DNA from: the human T2T-CHM13v2.0 reference genome, Homo sapiens
Length of the DNA: 64,000 bases
Strand: one strand, 5' to 3'
Assembly: GCF_009914755.1 (NCBI RefSeq)
Contig: NC_060933.1
Each line of letters starts with the position of its first letter. Within the stretch, counting starts at the first letter, position 1. Shown one piece after another: positions 1-15,475 of this stretch. The translations under genes and the position numbers were made by a program. Below the pieces are notes generated by a model that saw only the letters and a program-made list of their open reading frames with translations, did not search any database and was not told the origin of the DNA.

Positions 1-125
1 TTTGTATTTTTAGTAGAGATGGGCCATGTTGGTCAGGCTGGTCTTGAACTCCTGACCTCAAATGATCTGCCCGCCTTGGCCTCCTAAAGTGCCAGGATTA
101 CAGGCGTGAGCCACCGTGCTTGGCC
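1..125 (-). mobile_element. Alu (left arm; window starts inside it)
   Basis: Antisense Alu ending ...GTGAGCCACCGTGCTTGGCC. Confidence 0.95.
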
Positions 126-149
126 TAAAGCCTTCTTGGAAAGCAATCT

Positions 150-224
150 TAAAATCAGAGATGAAAAAGGAGGTATTACAACTGATACCACAGAAATTCA
201 GAGGATCATTAGAGACTAGTATGA
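150..224 (+). mobile_element. Short internal L1 ORF2 fragment
   Basis: Reads KIRDEKGGITTDTTEIQRIIRD, the L1 ORF2p linker; flanked by AAAGCAATCT direct repeats. Confidence 0.8.
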
Positions 225-750
225 AAAGCAATCTGACAGTAGCTGTCAGAATTTAAAATGGACTTAGCCTGACTTTCCAATACCATTTTTAGTAAACCAT
301 TTTTCAGAAATACGTGTGAACAAAGATGTTGTTCAAGGATGTTCACTGGAGTATTTGTGATAATGAAAATTAGGAGTAGCCTAAGTGCCCGTCAATACAG
401 GAGTAATTAAATTTTGGAGCACCACAAAATGGAATACTTAAATGGTTGAGTTACAAATATGTGTATTTGCTAAGAAAACAGTACCATTAGACATTAAAGT
501 TTTAAAAACATGAAATCACAGACCAATACGTGTAGTACGATTTTGTGTCTATATCAATATGTGTATGAATGCACTGATGCAAATAAGGGAGATAAGAACT
601 CACACCCACTTGTTAAGAATGGTTACCTTAGGCGTAGGTAGAAGATGAAGGAATGAAATGGGACTTGTGCTTTTGTTCAGCATACATTTGTATTTTTGAA
701 TCCTTAACAATGCAAATGTATTCATGAATTCTGATGTAATTTTGAACACA
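225..750 (+). mobile_element. Old L1M 3' fragment
   Basis: Degenerate L1 3' motifs (AAGGATGTTCACTG, ATGGAATACT); boundaries approximate. Confidence 0.6.
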
Positions 751-1236
751 ATAAAGGCAAAGGAAAAGTGGGTAGAAGATGGCTTATGGGAATAATGAAT
801 TGCCTCTTGGTTTTACGTGTTGCTATTCTGTTAATTTGCATGAGAGCAGACTTACAGATATAAAATATTAATCCCCTCAAGCACTATCCACTTGGTCTTT
901 TCTAAAGACCCTCTTGAGCAAAAGAGGAAGCAAAGGGCTCATTGAAGTCAAGCCCCACAGGGACCATAAACTCCTCACTGAAAAGTTCACATGCAATTCT
1001 ATAGGGACTCAAAAGGTTCGGAATTAATTGTTATCACAGGTGCAGCAACAAGCTTCCCGATTAAAGATGCCAAATTATACTGCATGAGAAAGTTTATTGT
1101 TTTGAGAACGTTTACTTCTGAGCCAGAGTTGTTCACTAGTTTATTTTGCCAAAAGTTGTTAGCTGTGGGGAGAGAGGATTGGCTACTACTATATAGTCTT
1201 CAAAGACACCTAATTGACTTTTCTTGTGTTGGGAAG

Positions 1237-1742
<506 letters not shown>

Positions 1743-2153
1743 GATAAACTCTTCAGATGATTCTGAAGTTTGTTTCAATATCCTTGATCTTAATGAGAAC
1801 CCCCAAAATAGGACACCCTCAATTAAACAGAAATTAGACAAGAAACATAATCTTTTACCTTTATTGTGTGTTTCTTTTATTCCTTGCAATTAAGTTCTAA
1901 TCACCCTGCTTTCCATTACAGTCCTTTTCAGAGAACGATCATCTTCATTCCCTCATTTAAATATGTATTTATGAGTGATTACCACTAAATATTTTTAAAA
2001 ATAACATTTAATAGCTCCATGATTATATTTTATTTCTGTTTTAAATGAGGATATCAGTAAACTGTAATCAAATTTATTCTAGACTTTGCTAAATCTTCTG
2101 GACTTTATTCATAGTATTATGGGTGGTTTTTTAAAATAGAGTTTAAATGTACA

Positions 2154-2450
2154 TTATTATTATTTTTTTAGATGGAGTCTTACTCTGTTGCTCAGCCTGG
2201 AGTGCAGGTGTGCAATCATAGCTCACTGCAGCCTCAAACTCCTAGGCTCACGTGATCCTCCCATCTCAGCTTCCTGAGAAAATGGGACTACAGGCATGTG
2301 TCATCATGCCCAGCTAATTTTTTTTTTAATGTAGAGATAGGGGTCTTGCCATGTTGTCCAGGTTGGTCTCGAACTCATGGACTCAAGCCATCCTCCTGCC
2401 TCAGCCTCCCAAAGCACTGGGATTACAGGCGAGAGCCGCTGTGCCCAGCC
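2154..2450 (-). mobile_element. Alu (AluJ-like)
   Basis: Antisense dimer. Confidence 0.95.
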
Positions 2451-3345
2451 TCCTTTTGTTCTTTATTCTAGATATGTCTTTGTTCCAGATTTCTTTTCTT
2501 TTTTTAACTTCAGTTTGAATATAGTGTAACTGCTAATCAGTTGGTATTCCTTAATTAATCCATGAGAGCTCACTGGGAGTGCAAGCCTTTCTTTAAAGTA
2601 ATTCCTCATGGATAGATGGAGATGGGTTCTACTAAGGGAATGGGAAAGTATCAGCTGAGCTGGTGCTCCCCAGCTACATTATGATTGAGAAGCCATATTT
2701 GCAATAGTGTGAGAGACATACTTCTGCTTGAGTTCGACCTCCTACTCCTTGCTGCCTTGATTGGGTCAGGAAGTAGGAGTCTGGCCTAACTTCCTTTCTC
2801 TGCCACTGACTTCCTGTTGTGTGGCTACCCTTAGCCTGTCCTGACCGAAGAGTAAGGCTTCTTATGACCTGAAGGTATCAGAGTCTAATGCATGCTATGA
2901 GCTCCATTTTGATAGACAAGGCATATACCAAACTTTCTTAGACCTCAGAGAGCTTACCCAGAAGCCTTACTCAGGAGTGGTTTGAGTTGAGGGAGGCAGG
3001 TAATGAGCCTTTCTGCAGCCTTCGTAGAACAGGGCTGGGAGGCAGGTACTCTTTTCTCTGTGCACCCCAAGTGTGTTTAGTCTACCTTCCTGAATTTGAA
3101 CTGATTAGGTAATAGATTCATTAATGAGGTAATCTTAGGGCCTGGCAGACAGAGCCAAGAAATGAGTTTTTATATTTCAATTTTCATGTTACTTTTAAAA
3201 TGTTTTTTCTTGCTTCATTTCCCCAATTATACAGTTAATTTGTATTGTGATCCTCATTGGAATAGGTTTGGACTATTTGGCCATAGAGTTAATTGTCAGC
3301 ATGAACTCTAAGTTGGAAAAGGTATATTCTGATATTGTTGTCCAC

Positions 3346-3608
<263 letters not shown>

Positions 3609-3744
3609 AGTTGTTGTCTACTTTTAGAAGCACAATGTGGATTTTTTAATAGGTACAAAAATTCACATTTTGCAGTTACTATGGAAGATAACTAGGATAT
3701 AGGGCTGGGGGTTATACTCGAGTTGAGCCCTTTAACATTTTTTT

Positions 3745-4030
3745 CCAACTTTTAAAAATTTGTGTATAATTTACATTAAGTAAGTACATAAATCTTAAGC
3801 ATACAGCTTGATTAATTTTTTTTACACCTGTTCACCACAACCCAGATGAAGCTAGAGAACAGTTCCCACACGCCACATGCCTCCCTCAGTGTCTTCTGCT
3901 TCTCTCACCATAGATTAGTTCTGCCCGTTCGTGAACTTTATGTAAATGGAATCAAACAGTATGTACTTTTTGTGACTGACCTCTTTCATTTACATTATGT
4001 CTGTGAGAGTCATCCATATGCCTGTGTTTA
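3745..4030 (-). mobile_element. Old L1M 3' fragment
   Basis: Antisense L1M 3'UTR motifs (ATGTAAATGGAATCAAACAGTATGT). Confidence 0.65.
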
Positions 4031-4676
4031 TTTCTCCATCATTTATTTATTGTTTGTATGTTTGTTGGTTGGTTTTAAGTGCTGGTTCTTGATTTGAGAT
4101 ATGTAAAGCCAGGGTGATGGGATTGAGGTAAAATGAACGTGAGCTAGGGAAGGATGGCAGTGCTGCAGGAAGATACATTCCTATGCGTGCTATGCCCAGA
4201 GGTGGGCTGTGAAGAGATACAGGCTCATCACACAACACCTGACCATGTGGGAAAACTGCCTCAGAACAGTTCATGAAAGGAAAGAAGGAGAAGGAATTTA
4301 TTTGCTGACTTGTGCCTGTCTTTTGATGACCACTCAGTCAGAGTCTGCACTGTGGCAAATCATCCTCTCTTTTTAATAGAAGTAAGAATAAAATAAAGAG
4401 CAGAAGTAACCATCCAAGGACACAGAATATGGGCAAAACTTAGGATAGTGGAGTAGAAGGGGACAGAGTTTTCCTATTTGTCTCTCAGGCTTTAGCTTAG
4501 AAAGCTACATTTTACCAAGTTGACATGAAGTCCTGAAGGTCCTGGGTGTGTGTTGGGGGAGAACAAAATATATTCCTCCCACTTCTTGTGAACTCCTCTT
4601 GAGGAGAGTGGAGAAGAATAGAGTCAACCTGGAGACTTCCAGTAGCTTGAAGGCTGGTGTGAAGTCAGTGAAACAT

Positions 4677-4957
4677 GGCCAGGTGTGGCGGCTCACACCT
4701 GTAATCCCAGCACTTTGGGAGGCAGGGAGGATTGCTTGCATCTGGGAGTTCAAGACTAGCCTGGACAACATAGTGAGATGACGTCTCTACAAAAAAAATT
4801 AAAAACTAGCTGAGTGTGGTGCTGCATGCCTGTAGTCTTAGCTACTTGGGAGGCTGAGGTGGGAGGATCACTTGAGTCCAGAAAGTCAAGGCTGCAGTGA
4901 GCCATGATTGTACCACTGCACTGCAGCCTGGGTGACAGAATGAGATCCAGAAAAGAG
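4677..4957 (+). mobile_element. Alu (AluJ-like)
   Basis: Dimer, short tail. Confidence 0.93.
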
Positions 4958-5029
4958 ACTTGGCCTCTGTTCTGCTTTATCTTTCCTTCTCTCTCTTGCA
5001 AGATAAATCGGCTTCCACCTCCCTTGTAC

Positions 5030-5540
5030 TGATCATCCCTTCTTCTTTTCTTTTTCTCAATAATCATTTTCCAAAACATGTAAACATGAAAACTTTTTTT
5101 TTAAAAGAGCATTAGCATACCTAAAAAATAATTCCTTAATATTCCTTAATATCATCAAATATCTTGTCCTTGTCCAAACTTCCATTTTCTCATACATCTT
5201 TGTTTTTACTTATTTATTTACTTATGGTTTATTTAAGTCAGGATTCACATAAGGTCAGTTTGTGATTGGTAGATATGTCTCTTTATTTATTTTTTAAGCA
5301 ATAGTTCCTTTCCCTCTCTTCTTCCCCCTTTTTAACCTTGCAATTTATTTATTAAAGAAACTGGGTCAACTCACTTGAATTTCCCATTGTGGACATTGCT
5401 AACTGCATTCCCATGGTGTTATTTGTCATGTTCCTCTGTCCTTTATGTTTTTGTCAATTAGTGTTAGATTTAGAGGTTTGATCCAATTTAGGTTCATTCT
5501 ATCAATCAATCAATCATGAATCAATCATGTATCTGCCTGC

Positions 5541-5587
<47 letters not shown>

Positions 5588-6400
5588 ATCTATCTATCTA
5601 TCGGTTTGATCTAATTTAGGTTCTATCCATCTACTTACCTACCTACCTACTTACCTACCTACCTAGCTATGTATCAAATCTAGCTAGCTAGCCAGAGGTT
5701 TGATCCAATTTAGGTTCAATCTATCCATCTCTTCACCTACCTACCTATCTACCTACCTACCTAATCATGTATCTTTCTTGGTAGTAGAAGGAATAATAAA
5801 TCATATAGAATATTGTGTTCTTTTATCAGGGGCACATGATACCTGGTTGTCACTCTTCCTGTGATGTGACATCCATTGATGATCGTTGCCTAGATCTGTT
5901 ACTTCACTAAACGGCACAAAATGATGATATTCTAATTAAATCACTTCTTTTTGAGTTATTAGCTGGAACATTCTATTAGGAAAAGTTTTCCCTCATCAAT
6001 TGTTTTGTTACGCAGAGGAACAGTTAATGTAGCAAGGGCAGGATAAATGCTTGATTTTTGACCTTTATTTAAGAGGTTTTAAAATAATAAGCTGGTCTCT
6101 GTCATCCTCCAAAGGGTGACAGATGAGTTCTTTTTGGTGTGCCTTGAAATATTTAATGTGCTTTAATCCATTCCAATTAGTAGCTTTATCAATAGCCCAT
6201 CTTTGGCTAGTGGAGGCCTCTTTAAGTTGAATCTCAGACCCTTTCACGTGATGCTGTCTTTGTTAGGATGCTTGCTTTATGACATGACTAGGGTTCTAGG
6301 TCCATCCCTTACACTTCCTGCCCCATACTTGGAACCGGTCATATGTATAATAAGCTTCAGAGATGTGATACTTAGAGATCATGAAGATCTGGGTGCTGTG
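5030..6400 (-). mobile_element. Old L1MC-like fragments
   Basis: Degenerate L1M 3'UTR motifs; boundaries approximate. Confidence 0.5.
5500..5762. repeat. Compound tetranucleotide STR: (TCAA)n, (CTAT)11 plus interrupted units, (CTAC)n
   Basis: Directly visible; perfect CTAT run 5541-5584. Confidence 0.95.
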
Positions 6401-7096
6401 ACATATATTTATTGAACTTCAACAATGTGCTTGTGTTTGCATTCTGTTTTTCCCACTAAAATTATACTTGGGCTAATCTGTTGCTATAGGAATTTGACTA
6501 GACAGTTGAAGGGGTGACTGTGAAAGATCAGATGTCTTCCTTTCGAGTCCTGTTCAAGTTTGCTTGAACATTTGATGGGGTCCAGCTCTATTTTAAAACT
6601 TTTCCCCCCCATTTCAGCCTTTTGCTTTATTGTCGGTGTTTTCTACATTGAAATGGAAGCTTCTTTGTTTTCATTCTTTCTTTTCCTTTTTCCCCTTCGG
6701 TAGTTAACGTCCTACCTAGTGACTTTGCCTTTAGGCAAGACCTCAGGCTGTCACTGGGAGAGGAGGTTGGAAGCTCAGTTGTCAGAGTGGAGTGCTGCTG
6801 GTGGTGTATCATGTTGGTCATGGTGCCTGTGGCTAGGCCTTTCTGTTGGAAATGGATGCATGGCACCTAGGACCAAAACTTCTGCATGACTGTGGAACGC
6901 ATCATCAGCCTCTGTGGCAACAGAAACTTAATGGTTAGGCTGAAAAGCAAAAGCAGAGAAAGATCCTCAGGGAAAGTACAATCCCTGGGTCAGATGGAAG
7001 ATTCTATTCTAATTTAAGAGCTTTGAAAATGAAAAAATAAAATCTGAGCAGTTTATAATTTCCCTATTTTGCTTTTTTCCCTCCTCTTTCTTTCAG

Positions 7097-7155
7097 ATGC
7101 AGTTCGAACATTAAGCAATGCCGAGGACTATCTCGATGATGAAGACTCAGATTAA
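7097..7155 (+). CDS. OSTF1: OSTF1 terminal coding exon: (D)AVRTLSNAEDYLDDEDSD*
   Basis: Long polypyrimidine tract plus TTTCAG acceptor ending 7096; TAA at 7153-7155; acidic C-terminus recognised as OSTF1. Confidence 0.96.
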
Positions 7156-7612
7156 TTCCTTTCTGGAGCTTTGAGATCTAAAACTTCTGTTGCTTTTGCC
7201 ATTCCAAAACTTTGTCTTTGCCAGAAAAGTGTTGGTAACTATAAAGAAAATTATATATGAACACGGCAGTGTTGCACTGTGTTTGAGTAGAACGTGTAAA
7301 TGAATTGTTCCCACCTTTGGTTTGCCAGTAAGTGACTGGATTCTTGGCACATTTGTGTTCACCAAAGTAGAACAAGAAGATATTATTTCTATTTATCAAG
7401 CAAAAGGAATTTTAAGATTTTTTTTTTCTTTAAAAACAAATTAGGATTTTTTTTTTTTTTTTTTTTTAGTTAAAATGCTTTACCTCAATGGTTGAGATAT
7501 TTTGAATGGATTTTTCAAGGGGGGGAAATGCTTATTATAATAATAAACCAAAATACTTAACAGAAAATTGTCAGCTATTCTGACAAAAATAAACATTTTG
7601 AGAGACTTTATT
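7156..7612 (+). other. OSTF1: OSTF1 3'UTR (3' end approximate)
   Basis: Follows the stop codon; AU-rich, T21 run at 7447-7467, ends after poly(A) signals. Confidence 0.8.
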
Positions 7613-7633
7613 TCTTTTGTCCGTTTCTGTGGT
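7542..7633 (+). terminator. Cleavage/polyadenylation signals
   Basis: AATAAA at 7542-7547 and 7588-7593; the second is followed by a GU/U-rich element (TTTCTTTTGTCCGTTTCTGTGGT, 7611-7633). Confidence 0.8.
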
Positions 7634-9418
7634 ATCACTCATTGTCGTTAAGTAAGTAAAGCTTTTTATATTTAGGTAAGAACTGATTTTATTTTTTAAA
7701 TTATATTTTATATTTATTAGCACAGAAGAATAATGAGAGCCACATTTTAGTTCAACTTCTTGTGTTAGCTTTGATCAAAGTCAGGACAATAATCATTGAG
7801 AAGGTGCATGTCTAATAAAATAGGTAAATTTAATAATTGTGAGACTTCCAGTTTTTATCTCCAAGGTTGTATTTAGAGTGGAGAAACCCAACAACTCATT
7901 ACAGTTTCGCTAAGATTTGAAAGGTTAAAAAAATTTATTTCCTTGTGATAGATGCCATACTTTTCCATATGGAGTAGTCAGGAACCATGAAATTTTTTGC
8001 ATTCAGTTTTTTTAATAACATTTGTTTTCTCACAGTATGGATCTAGTTCATAATGATTCAGATTCTTTTGCTGAAACACAATTAGCATTGCAGGGAGCCT
8101 TCTGTACTACTGACATGACACTTCATTTGGCGTTCTAATTTTGTATCACTACAGTGATGATGTAAAAATGACATGGCCATTGGAATTTGCCTAGAATCCC
8201 GGCCCTAGGTCCAAAAGTATATTTTGCAAGATGATTTCAATGCTAATTTCAAAAAACACGTTGATGAAGAGAAGGAAATGTATGAAGAAGGAAGTGGGTT
8301 AGCTCAGGAAATGAATAACTGCCTCTATAAGAGTTTATTCTGTGACTGTTTGGTTTTTCACTCTGTGGGAGCCTTGAGAAACGATACCCAGAGAAGCCCA
8401 TTTGAGGTCTTTCAAACACCCTCAACTAAATTTTAGTAGAAGAGAATCTGTACCACTAGTGACAACAAAGTATGAACACAAATTCTGGCACCAACAAAAG
8501 AGGGCATTTTATTCTTAAAATAAATACGTTATTAAATTTGATTTAACCAGTTGTATTTCTTCTTAAACATAAACTTGAAGATATGAAATTCTTCCTGAAA
8601 TTGTATCTATTCCTATAGATCCTTTAAGATTTTTCTTTAAAATGGGGCTTGTTTCTTAACAAAAAGCTTTTAGAGAACCCTGTAACTTTTTGTTCTTCTA
8701 TACTTTGGGCTGGGGTAATTAGGATGGATTTCAACTAAAGACTCTTAATTTTTAAAACATGGGCAGAAATAATACAGCTTGTGTGGCTATAGACAATTTT
8801 TATCAAAATACCATGTACTTGCTTTAGATATATTATTTGTATATCTGAGGGAAAGAATAGTGGAGGTCTCACTATCATTGTTTTTAACATTATCAAACTT
8901 AAGAGAATTTTAGAAAGTTGGACAACTATAGTTTTTTTTTGAAGATGAGGAGAGTGCTTAGCTATGTGCATGAATTTTTGGTAAAACAGGACAACTCATT
9001 TAGTTGTGGCTGAAACTCCACTGGAAATTTTTTTGGTCTGTTTCTTGTTTATTCAGCCTGGCTAATCTGAGCTTTCTCAGAGATTGTTTAGTGCTGAACT
9101 CAGCAACAAAAATCAGTTCTAGGAATTTGCCACTGCTCTGACTGTGCAGAGGAGAGCTCTGATTATGTTTTGGAAATAACTTCAGAGGTTTTGCTGTAAT
9201 CTGAGCTTGCTGACAGTCACTGTGGCCTGAACTCCTTTCTAGTGATTGCACCCTTTAAATAGGAAATGCCTTCCAGCTACTTGGGCAGTGCGATACTTGT
9301 TTAGTTGTAGGCCCAGGAGCCTCATGCAAAGAAAAATTCTTATCAGAGGTTCCCATTTCAGTTTTCTTTCTGGGCTGTTCTGTTGCACATTTTGTTGTTG
9401 TTGGGCTGACATGTATTA

Positions 9419-10079
<661 letters not shown>

Positions 10080-10389
10080 TTATCTGCCTTCCCTATTGAC
10101 TCAGACTGTGTATTTTTTGTCTTGATTTTTATATTGTAAATATGTATATTGCAGGAAAAGATTGTATAGCCAAACTTTGAAGTGTCCAATTACTAAAAGT
10201 TGAGGTTTTAGTGGGAGAAATATTGTAAAAGATTCTGGTATTCCTGTTTGCAAATATAGCTTTGGTGAACAGTTTTCTCATGTGAAGGAAAAATTGCAGA
10301 CCACAAATTTGTGGCTTCTGTTTCCTTATTTCTCAATAACAAGCTTTTACATCTGCCCCTCCCTTAAAATGACATGAAATTAAATAAAA

Positions 10390-10580
10390 CTACCATTTAT
10401 GAAATGTCTACTCTTCCAGTGCCTGTGCGAGACATTTTCACAGACATGATGTCATTTGATCTTTGCAGTAACCTTAGGCGAGGAATGTTAATGCCCCAAC
10501 TTTTTACAGAGACGCTGAGGTTTGAAGAAGTGAAGGAACTGGTTGAAGGTGGACACACGGGTCTGGGGAACCCACGCGCT
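10390..10580 (-). mobile_element. MIR
   Basis: TTTTACAGAGACGCTGAGG core-like sequence. Confidence 0.55.
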
Positions 10581-11359
10581 ATTGCCTGCTGCAACAGTCA
10601 GATGTCATCATTCACATTCTCTCAGAAAAATCTGCAGAAACAGGACAGCTTCTTTCCAACGGAAGCCCTTGATATAGGCATCTAACAAATTCAGCATATC
10701 TGCTAATCAATTCATAATTTATTTAAAATGACCCTAAGCGCTTCCAGAGAAATTTTCACCAAACTTTTAGTTCCCAGTAACCCTAAAGAAATATTTAATG
10801 AAGCAGGTTTTACTCCCAAGTTTCCAAAATTTCCTACTCTGTACACATTAGAGTATGAGTAAGTATAAGAGAAGGAAAGCTTAGATCAGCACCTATTCAT
10901 TTTGCTTTGAGTTTACATTGCTAAGTTCAGCAGTTCTCTCAGAGAGTCTGAGAGCTCCTCACTTCTGTGTAACCATGAAAATAAATGCATCCCTTGGAAG
11001 GGTCAGGGGATGTGGTCTTACCTGAGTCTGGGAGCTCGATGTGTACATGGAGGTAAGTAACTTCACAATTCCCAGGCAGTGCTGCTGTGTCTGTCGCCAG
11101 TGGCCAGCGGCTTGGGTTTCCCAGCAGGCTCAGCCCTGTGGGCAACTGGGAGCCACAGGGAGGCCAGGTTCCTCGCGGTGCCCGGAAAAGAACACTGAGG
11201 AAATCCAAAGGTATACATTAGACAGCCTGACAGGAAGCAGGAAGGAAAGTGGAAGGAATAGACAAGGAGTGAAGAGGCTGAGCCTCAAAGGAAAAATGGT
11301 TACCTTTTCTAAATGACCCATAGTTCTGACAGAAATTAGTAGAATGCTTCGAGAAGTGG

Positions 11360-11575
11360 TGAGGGGTATGGGCTTTGGAATCACACTGTCTGGATTCAAG
11401 CCTGATTCTGCTGAGTGACCTGCGACAGGTTACCTAAACACCCAGATTCCCTAGCTGTGCAGTGGAGGAAGTGGTAGTATCTACTGCCTAGAGTTAGAAG
11501 GATTAAATAAAATCATATATGCAAATGACTTAGTTCCTGAAAAACTCTACTACTGAGCAGTTGCTCAGTTAATGT
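11360..11575 (+). mobile_element. MIR
   Basis: GGCTTTGGAATCA...TGAGTGACCT...GGATTAAAT core. Confidence 0.65.
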
Positions 11576-11765
11576 TGGGTATAACCATGAACAGGGAAGT
11601 CTGCATTAAAACCAGATATGTGTGTTATACAAAGGAGTGTGTCAACACGTTTTTCAGTTTCACCACCAATATTGAAGAGCAGAATTTCCTAAAATACTTT
11701 AAAAATGAGTGGAGGACAATGATGTTGCCTTCCAGTCATTTAGGTTTCTTCATATGTGGTAGTAG

Positions 11766-12098
<333 letters not shown>

Positions 12099-13877
12099 TA
12101 AATGTACTTTATTTGAGTTACAGAGAAGAGATATATAACTGGAAAAGACCTGGTTATTACTGTTACAGTAATTCAAAGATGAAGTAGGGAGATTGTCTCT
12201 GCCACTGTTTCAGTTTTATCCTGTTGCTTTCAAGTGGTTTGATGGGCTTGATAGACCGTGGGTCTGATGTTTGATACATGATGATTTGAAATCAGAAAGG
12301 TGTTTGGTGTTACTATCCTGCTCTTACATGACTTCAAAATTCAGACAATACTATTATTCAAATGAATAGACTTTGCACCTTCATAGGTTCCCCTATAAAG
12401 TCTAAACTTCAAGAATTTAGTCTCACAGCTTCAATGACAAAAAGAGAATTGAAGACACTTTAAAGTATCATACAATCATATTAACTTTGAACAAGGTGAA
12501 CAAAAAAGAACTAAATTGCATATTTTGTTATTACCCATTTCAGAAGGTGAATTCCTGAGGCCACAAGAAAATGCTTCATGCCAACAGTGAGTATGAGATG
12601 TGGATGTGATGCCTGTTTGGACACAGGTTGGCTTGAAGAGTCACACAAAGCTGGTCATTGACTGAAACTAGAAATGGCTTTGGAGAGATTCATGGCCCTG
12701 AAAGCTCTCAGAGAGGGCATGCCACCCTGACAGCAGGGTTCAGGGAAAGCTGGCATGCAGTCCTCTGTCATCCTGAGCCTGTGACATTGACCAGGTCCCT
12801 TGGTCCACATGATATGCCCAAAATTAGGATCAGGTGATACCAGCTCCTCCTTGTGTGAAGCAAGTTATCATTGCTGCATCAGTTTCTTAGAGGTCTTCGA
12901 CCAGGACCTGATTTTTGAGCTTCGGGTCACAGCTTAACCCTCTGTGGTGGTTGTGTCAACTTTCCAGGGTGTGGTACGCCTCATCTGCATCAGAACGCGT
13001 GACAAACCCCTGTGCTTAATCTCAGATCTGGGGCTCAGGTGGTTGGTCTCAGGATGAAAGAGCACTTGAGGGCACAGCTGAGTATGTGAGTGTGGTCTGG
13101 TGTGGTGGAGGTGTTCACTGGATCTTTAGACCTGCTCTGGGCAATGCTGGGAGTCTTGCTCTTCTATGAGCCATTGCATTTCACAGACTGTTTATGTTTT
13201 AGCCACCATATATAGATACTGTATGACGTTTGTGAATGCCTTTCTTCTGTTTTTGAAAATGGGAAATCATGCCTTATCAGCTCTCTCTCTCCCCATTTCT
13301 CATTTTTAGTTAGCAATAGTGTCTTGTATACTGCTATGTGAATTCATTAATTATTACCACTACCACTACTATTTATTAATGTATTTATTTTCCTCTGGTG
13401 TTGAAACTGAAACTGCTACTGCTAGTTCTAACTACTAAGCAATTATTCCTTGCTAGGAAATCTCAGCAGGAAAACTATAACTGCTCATATGAGAATTGTT
13501 CTTCCATATTGTCTTTAAACAGTCCTTAGATGTCCAGTCCAGTGCCTTACACCCATCCCCTTTTTAATAGCTGGAGCCTGAGGCCTGGAAGTGACTTGCT
13601 ATGAGAAACATAAGTCAATACAAGAGCTGACCAGCAAGTGAGGAATTGGAAGCAAGGGGTCTGAGATGGTTGCCATGGGTATTTCCTTCTAGATTGTATT
13701 ACTGCGTGAGACCATTTTCCCACTGTGGGCATGTTTTCCTTGAGTCAATTTTCCAGGTACTCTATATTCAGCACTCTCCTCCTTCCTTTTCTTTAATTCC
13801 ATTTTAGCCACACACAGGGGAATGGAAAGGGCCTGATTAAATCAACTATTTTTTTTTTTTTAACTTTTATCTTCTGA

Positions 13878-14195
<318 letters not shown>

Positions 14196-15126
14196 CCTTT
14201 TATCTTCTGATTTAATGTGGCAAATATGAGAAGAAATTGAAATGCCAACCAAAATGCCATTGTAGAGTTTATAATCCCATGTTTTTTGGCCGTCCCCTGT
14301 TACCTCTCCTAGATAAACAGGAGTTGAATGTCTTGTGTCCTGATTTTTATGGTCTCTTAGTTACTACAATAACAAGATCACTCAATCCCGTGGAGTCTGT
14401 CCTATTACAGAATATCAATGTTCACTCTGCTTTTTCTTTATTTCATCTATCAGCAGTGAATAGCACTTTCATGTTTAAGATGCTTCCTTTTAAAGTTGGA
14501 GAATAAGAATAAATGTATTGGACGGCTTTGTTTAGTAGCAGCATTGTCCTTTAGATCCACTGAGGAATCTTAAGAATGAAATCATCATAAATAGGCAAAT
14601 AGGTAATGTTTCAGTAAATACTTGTGGCGACTATGTTTCCTTTTTAACCAAGAGCCCAGTAAAATTTGTAATTACTTCAACTGAATGAGAACACAAGGCC
14701 ATTTCATGTCCTCAATCTTTGTTGATATGCTTTGCTTATTTTAATGGCTTGCATGCATTTTTTATTGTGCTGTTGATAATAGTTTTACATAATTCATAAT
14801 GATACACAATAAAAGTTTCATTGCGTTCACATTCCTTTGTGGGTCTCCTCTGTTGCATGTTGATTGTGGTTTAATACTAAAACTGTAACAATGTACATCC
14901 AGTACTGTTTCATTTTCCTTGTTACTACAAGCTATGTGATAAACTTACTTTATTCTGTATATGTCATTTTCATTTTTTTCAACATAATTTCTTTATTATG
15001 AAAGAAGCCAATACTTAAGAAATTATCATGTATTATTTTCTTATTCTTTATTTTATAAAATCTATGAAAATTCTTTCCTTATTTCCACCTCAATAAGGAG
15101 TTTTAAATTGTGATTTGAGGGATTGT

Positions 15127-15475
<349 letters not shown>

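Noticed and set aside
7261-7282. Iron-responsive element (CAGUGU loop)
   Set aside because: Flanks CACGG and TGCAC do not form the required 5-bp upper stem
10943-11052. Cryptic downstream exon (CTCAG...GAG|GTAAGT)
   Set aside because: Strong donor but weak pyrimidine tract, downstream of the poly(A) signals, and no transcript evidence available
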